Shown here: positions 50,432-56,942 of the stretch, one piece after another
Layout of the letters: each line of letters starts with the position of its first letter
How positions within the stretch are numbered: position 1 is the stretch's first letter
Assembly (NCBI RefSeq): GCF_001194135.2
Contig: NC_068991.1
Span: forward strand, 36,248,475-36,305,416
Direction of reading: 5' to 3'
Source: Octopus bimaculoides
Taxonomy: Eukaryota
DNA: 56,942 nucleotides
The notes under the pieces: generated by a model
Database searches by the model: none
Told to the model about the DNA's origin: nothing
The model's input: the letters and a program-made list of their open reading frames with translations, nothing else
Position numbers and translations under genes: made by a program

Positions 50432-50988
50432 CATACACACACACCTACAGCCATCCCACCGCGTGAAACCGCAGCCTACCGGGGAACAAACCAAATATAC
50501 AAATATACGGCCAATAATACGCACAAACACAAACAATAGAGTTGACAGATGTGGAAAGAAAAACCTAGCGATAATTACTAGTCACTTTGAAGGGGAAGAG
50601 GAGATAATTTCAAGAAATTTAGAATTTTGCATTTCATTTCTAAATTTCGTTTCAGAAACAAATGACAGCTATGGGCAAATTTCGACCTCACTTTGACCTC
50701 ATTAACATTGTATAGTTCTCGATTTTGTGTTAACATGGACACTTTAATATATAAAGAAGTGTTCATTAATTTCTTTGCCAATAAGAATTTACATAACTGA
50801 GACTAAACAAGCTTACATACCTCAAAGGGGCAAAAGGTATGAATGTGGACAACAGAATCGATGGATGGTATATTGATAATTAACGCTTTTTGTGCATGGC
50901 ATTCAGTTAACCTCGACCGACTTTGTATTTAAGTTAATAAGGATATTGGCCTGTTGAGCTATCTTCTCTTAGCTAATCATTTTATGTG

Positions 50989-51034
<46 letters not shown>

Positions 51035-51141
51035 GTACACGTCTGTAAATGAATACGAGTATGCATGTAAATATATATGTATACGTATGAGTGCGTGTGC
51101 GTGCGTGTGCGTGGGCGTATGTATGTTTATGTGCATCCCTT

Positions 51142-51182
<41 letters not shown>

Positions 51183-51183
51183 A

Positions 51184-51214
<31 letters not shown>

Positions 51215-51789
51215 GTCTGCCTATGTCTGTCTCTCACTGTCTCTCTCTCTCTACACACATATATGCATACATGTATTTATATATACATAGGCACACATTT
51301 ATACACACACACACACAGACGCACATACACACACACACGCATGTATATAGACTTAAGCAGGCATTTCCCCCCATTCATACCATGTATTCTATTAGATAAA
51401 ACAAAAGTCGCAGTAATTTGCATTCTGAAATTTAAGTTCGATGACTGTAGTAGCGATCTAAAGGGAAAAAGCACCAGCCAGCTTATATTAAAAATCATTT
51501 AAACTCCATAGCAACACGGAATCAACTATTTTCAGCAGCAGACGAAAAAACATTTGAAAATCTTATCGTACTAAATTATGCAATTAAATGTTGGAATTGG
51601 TGGTATTTGACTTAAATTTTTCCCTTTCTAGCTTTTTCTTCTCTGTATTGTCTCTCTCTCTTTCGTTTTTCCATCTCTCATTCATTCATTTATTCGTCTA
51701 ATTTCTTTCTGTTTTTCATTCCTCTTTCTTCAATGGTTCAGATTATCTTCGATTAAGCCGATTTACTCGTTATATGTTTTCACATACTG

Positions 51790-52002
51790 CTTTAAAATTT
51801 TGGCACAAGGATAGTAATTTCTGGGAGGGGCAAGTCAATTACATCGGCCCCAGTGCTCAACTGGAACTTACTTTATCGATCTCGAAAGGATGACAGGCGA
51901 AGACGACCTCAACAGCATTTGAACTCAGAATATATAGACAGATGTAATGCCACTAAGCATTTTGCTCGGTGTGCTAACAATTCCGCCAGCTCACCGCCTT
52001 AA
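51790..52002 (-). mobile_element. SINE-A copy
   Basis: cgaaaggatga..gacctc..atttgaactcagaa core; gccagctcaccgcctt head. Confidence 0.85.
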
Positions 52003-52163
52003 ATGTGTTTTTAGATATTGGTCACACACACACATTTAGATACACAAATACACACGCATTTAGATACAATGATACACGGATACACACGGACACAATAATA
52101 CACAAGTACAGAAACATATATCAGACCACACACATGCACGTCTAGTGTAATGTACATATATAT

Positions 52164-52800
52164 ATGGGGATTACTATGAGCAATGACGCCTCTTGTCACG
52201 TACTCAGCGACAAGATGGTGGCAATGTACAAGCGAACGGCCGAATGGATTCTGAGAAATTTCAGAACAAGGGACCAGCAAACTTTGCTGGTTCTCTGGAG
52301 GACATTTGCATTTAGCCGTCTGGACTACTGCTCTCAACTCTGCTCACCCTAGTGTCAAATTAATAGCGAAACTTGAGCCAGTTCAGCGATGAAGATTGCA
52401 TGAATGGAACTGTTGAGCTACTGGGAGAGACTGAAAGAGCTACGGCTCCATTCCCTGGAGATGTAAGTAGTGATATACATATGGATGATCCTGGAAGGGT
52501 TGGTACACAACTTCGGCTTAAGAGCTATACTAACGCCCAAAATGGATGTCATTGCACTGTTCCAAAGGTCCCAGCTATCCCGTCTAGAATGAGAACATGT
52601 CCTGCAGTAGCTTCGGATTCAAGGGTCTACAACTATTTAATCTTCATGGCGTAGGGGTAGATGTTTTCAAGAAATATGTTGATTTCCTTCCGTCCAAAGT
52701 CCCTGATGAACCTATATTACAGCAAGATACTCAAAAGAGGGCAGTTATATGAACTCATTCCTTCATCAAAAATCAATCGAATAAGAATGGCCTCTGAAAA
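52164..52800 (+). mobile_element. CR1-group LINE 3' fragment, degenerate
   Basis: GITMSND..WILRNFRTRDQQTLLVLWRTFAFSRLDYCSQL; YWERLKELRLHSLE; IYIWMILEG. Confidence 0.8.
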
Positions 52801-52877
52801 GGTAATTACATTAGCGATGCTCCAGCATGGCCACCTCAGTGGTTAATAAAGAAAAGATTATTATTATTATTCTCATT

Positions 52878-52930
<53 letters not shown>

Positions 52931-52958
52931 CATTAATATTATTGTTGTTGTTGTTTAT

Positions 52959-53171
52959 AAGGTGGCAAGCTGGTAGAGTCGTTAACACGACGGAAAAGTG
53001 CTTAGCAGCATTTCGTCCGTCTTTACGTTCTGAGTTCAAATTCCGTCGAGGTTGACTTTGCCCTTCAACCTTTGTGGATCGATAAAAAAAGTACCATTTG
53101 AGCACTGTGGTCGATGTTTTCGACTCTTTCCCCTATCCTAAAATTGCTGGTCTTGTGCCAAAATTTGAAAC

Positions 53172-53226
<55 letters not shown>

Positions 53227-53443
53227 GAGGCGGCGAGCTGGCAGAATTGTTTGCACGTCAGGCCAAATACTTAACGGTATTTCGTTCGACTTGACGTTCT
53301 GCGTACAAATTCCGCCGAGGTCGACTTTGCCTTTCATCCTTTCGAGGTCGATAAATTAAGTACTAGTGAAGCACTTGGATCGATGTTATCGACTCGTCCC
53401 CTCCCCCCAGATTCAGGACTTGTGCCGTTATTAGAAAGGATTA
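52959..53443 (+). mobile_element. Two tandem SINE-A copies (52959-53172 and 53228-53443) embedded in (ATT)n
   Basis: Heads aaggtggcaagctgg and aggcggcgagctggcagaattg; conserved cores; tails tgtgccaaaatttgaaac and tgtgccgttattagaaagg. Confidence 0.9.
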
Positions 53444-53477
53444 TATATATATTTATAGCTATAGAATTAAAATCATA

Positions 53478-55570
53478 CTAGCAGTAAAACCCGTCGTTGA
53501 TCGGGTAATTACTTTTACTGTTTATCGGCAGCCACGTTGAAAGTATTATTATATGTAAAATTTACTCCTCCTGTATGTGTGTATTTATAGAAGAGAAAAA
53601 CCATGCAATACTTGAAGTAGGAGAAAGATCAATATCATACATGAACTTGTGTTTGTTTATGATATGACAATAATAAGTATGATATTTTATCTATCTGTAC
53701 AGTAATGACAATGATATTATATTTTTATAAGAGAAAAACATGTAATAATTGAAGTAGATTTGAATTAGTTTGAATTAATCTTTGTGCGCAGCCAAAGTAA
53801 AATGTGGGCATGAGGTAATCACCTTTTCGGTCATTCCACTGTATATATGGAACGGCGAACTTCCTCAATGATATTTGACTTTGAAAAGAGGTGCATCATG
53901 TTATTTAATTTTAAATGAAAAACACATGCTATAATATCATGTGTATGATGAAGAAAGTGTTCCTTTTGTATTTCATGCCATTTCGGGTTCGATGTGAAAG
54001 TTATAAATAAATCTGGTCTACCATATTTTCGCACATATGTCATGACATCTTGTGTTCTTTCATGCATATAGCGGTTTCGACTTGTGGAGCTCGATGGAAG
54101 AATGTACAATCGCCCCAGATTATTTGTATGTCCATCATTATTTATGCTGTCTCGTGAATGAAGTATGAATCAACCCGATGCTGTTTTTGATGTGTTCTTA
54201 CATAGGTCTTCCTAATTTAATCTTGGCATACATGTCAACAATAAATTGTTGAAATACATCTCTACTTCTATAAAATAAATGACAACTGAAGGGTCCTAGC
54301 ATAAGATGAAATGCATAAAAATCCATACACGATACAGTTTTTGTAGAATTTTGCCTTGCGTGATATAGATCTGTTCCATATGGAAAATGCAACGGGTACT
54401 GTAGAGCATCATAGGAGCGGTGTGTATCACTTAACCGTTGAATGAAAGAATCTCTACACTTTATAATTATATTCCATTTTCCAGTTTGTTCATCTGCTAA
54501 AATTATAGCAACCTCATTAGTCTCTGGTGCATTGAAACGCCGTGAATGCTCAGCTGGGGGCCTTACATTAAAGTTGATGATCAATTGAAAATCTCTGCTT
54601 TGTGTATTATCAAGGATACATTTGAAACTCCTAATATAGTTATTATTGTTATGAAGCATTTGTTCAAGTTGTTGTATTATGTTAAAGTGAATCTGCTTAT
54701 GAAGATTAAACCTTGTTTGAGCTTGTTGCATATTGTTAATGAAATAAACTTGAAAAATTATGGTCTTCATTTTCTAGTGGTAAAATACTACAAATTCGAT
54801 GATATACTTACCCTTGGATTTTGAATGTGTGCATGAATCCTCCCTCATTTGCTCCAAAACGAAGTCATTTGGAAAGCATTATTATACTGTTTTATTTTTT
54901 GTAGAAAATACTTTGAATGGGGGGAAGTTCCATGAAGAAAATTTTTCAGTTATTCAAGAAGGTCAGGGAAGAAAGGTAGCATAATTTCCACCCTCCTGCA
55001 GCATAATGCAGGTGGTTTATTTAACCATTTTTTAGCACCCCAGTAATAGCGTGGGTGAGACATTGAGACAATATCAAATTCATAGCAAAGATGGGGGTTG
55101 TAATTGAAATCAGCAAGACGCCATTGCTGACGTGACCTACATTCGTTGTGCCAGATTCGGTCCAGTTCATGTCTATTTGCAGTTTCTTGTATACGATGTG
55201 ATGCTCATCGAAGACGATCAACTGCAAGTCGTGTACTTCTTTACTCATCGTTTTCTGCTACACGTCGAGCTGCCATTCTCTGTTGGCTATCTGCAAGTCT
55301 GTTTGCAGTTTCTTGTGTTGTTTCTTGCATACGATGTGATGCTCTTCGAAGACGATTAGCTGCAAGTCGTGAATATCTTTCGTCTTCATTTTCTGTTGCA
55401 CGTCGAGCAGCCATTCTTTGTTTGCTATCTGCAAGTCGCGCATTTCGTTGATGTTCGGTTTCAGATGCACTTCGAGCTTTCTTTTTCTGTCGCTCATCTG
55501 CAAGCTGTGCGCGTCTCATCGTCGTTTTCTGATACATGTGTTTGTTTGGTGTTCATTTTGTGACGATCGT
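53478..55570 (-). mobile_element. Internally deleted Helitron: STPR-like repeats, Rep remnant with HUH motif, intact 3' terminus, no helicase
   Basis: 3' hairpin cccg..cggg (53490-53505) plus CTAG|T (53478). Rep motifs TFKIQG*VYHRI, YDALQYPLHFPYG, FQQFIVDMYAKI, ILPSS..RYM..QD..YVRKYGRPDLFITFTSNPKW, YTVE*PKR*LPHAHILLW. ETxxQRxxRL repeats with a 138-nt (2 x 23 aa) period at about 55183 and 55321. The 5' end was not located. Confidence 0.92.
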
Positions 55571-55939
55571 CTGTTTGATAATGAATATCAGTAAGTAATA
55601 GCGAAATGAAATTAGAAATGCTGTGACTGGTCAGTGTTAGGCCGTATGTAGTAGAACAATAGCAATATTATATAGAAAAAGATGTTTACGGAATCCAGGC
55701 CACAGGTCAAGTGGCGCGTCTATTTGTCATGGTTTGTTTTGACATTTGAATAGGTGGTATGTCGAGGGAGAATTGAAATGTTCAGTTTCGAATCTGAAGC
55801 AGGTTACTCGTCCTGTATGTGTATATTTTATGAGAGAATGTGCAAGGAAAATTGAAAGATTTATTTTGAACGTGAATGAAGGTAGAAAATTAGCTATATC
55901 ATATAGAAGAATATGTTCTGACTGTGTGATGGAATTAGA

Positions 55940-56560
55940 CAGATAGAGAGATAGAGAGACAGAAAAGGAGAGAGAGACAGAAAGAGAGCGACAGAAAGAG
56001 AGAGACAGAAAGGGACAGTGACAGAAAGAGACAAAGAGAGAAAGAGAGAGAAAGAAAGGGAAAATAGACAGAGAGATAAAGATAGACAGATAGAAAGAAA
56101 GAGAGATAGAGATACAGAAAAACAGAGAGAGAAAAGCAGAAAGAGAGATACAGAGAGACAGAAAGTGAGGATACTCACGGTATTAAATAACTGAATATAT
56201 ATACATGTGTGTGTATGTTCTTTTATTCTTGCTTCGGTATTTTCACAGAGAAATCTAACGTTTAATGTGTGTGTGTGTGTTCTTTTAGTGAGGGAAAGAG
56301 AAAAAGAAGAAAAGAGAGGCAAAGAGAGAAAGAAGGAGGAGAGAAAGAAAGAGAGAGAAAGGGAGAAAAAAAAGAGAGAAAGAAAGAGAGAAAATAGACA
56401 GATAGAGAAAGAAAATCATAGAGAGAGGGTGTCTGGTTTTAGTTTCACTTTGCGGGACAAAGAGACAGAATCTCTTTGAAGTAGCATGACAGAGAGACAA
56501 ACCGGCAGACAAACAGAGAATATAGAGGTGGAGAGAGAATAGAGGGGACAGAGAAAGAAG
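55940..56560. repeat. (GA)/(GACA)/(GAAA) purine-rich low-complexity tract
   Basis: Read directly from the sequence. Confidence 0.9.
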
Positions 56561-56908
56561 AGAAATGGTGTCTGGCTTTAGTTTCACTTTGAGGGACAAA
56601 CAGACAGAATCTCTCTTTTAGATATATAGATTAATCATAAGGACACATGAAAGTGTCTACTTGCTAGAAGAAATGAGAATTAATAATCCTCATTTGGACC
56701 GCCCAAAAATTAATACTGAATACAACATATTCAACAGTATACGAGCTAGCGGATCGAAAAAATCTCACACATACCTATATAGAATAAAGCTATATATCCT
56801 CATTTGGACCACCCAAAAGCTAACACTGAAAATAATAGATTCAACCACCTATATAAATATTATTGTTATTCTCAACTATTTGTGCTGCCTTCGATAATAA
56901 TAACAATA

Positions 56909-56942
<34 letters not shown>

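Noticed and set aside
56429-56830. Short direct duplications (about 50 bp at 56429 and 56567; about 35 bp at 56686 and 56796)
   Set aside because: Only two units each in low-complexity DNA; not CRISPR-like, and most likely slippage duplications.

Overview
Eukaryotic, AT-rich, repeat-saturated window with 12 assembly gaps (N-runs at 814-1227, 11030-11107, 25920-26291, 27080-27421, 33898-34309, 35884-36169, 40763-40910, 42315-42621, 44474-44483, 45736-45745, 48086-48512, 49735-50393). The dense microsatellites and the tRNA-headed SINE families suggest an octopus/cephalopod intronic or intergenic region; this is inferred, not verified. I could not identify any host protein-coding gene, and most ORFs in the track are microsatellite or N-gap artefacts. 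What is recognisable is a transposon graveyard. It holds two SINE families; Tx1/L1, R4/Dong (RLE), RTE, CR1 and Penelope-like retroelements; mariner fragments; TIR/MITE elements; and two Helitron-type elements. The most unusual signal is on the minus strand at about 16645-16716. There, all three conserved hammerhead-ribozyme core strands and their stems are present, but in a non-circularly permuted order (GUC strand, GAAA strand, CUGAUGA-like strand); this copy carries the G5A change. Other notable items are: a spliced-looking mariner-HTH exon split by a MITE with an 8-bp TSD; a 109-bp hairpin biased to G-U pairs; fold-back junctions in three different transposon classes; and an unclassified (TAA)n-anchored repeat fused to an R4/Dong fragment. 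Repeat boundaries are approximate, read by eye.
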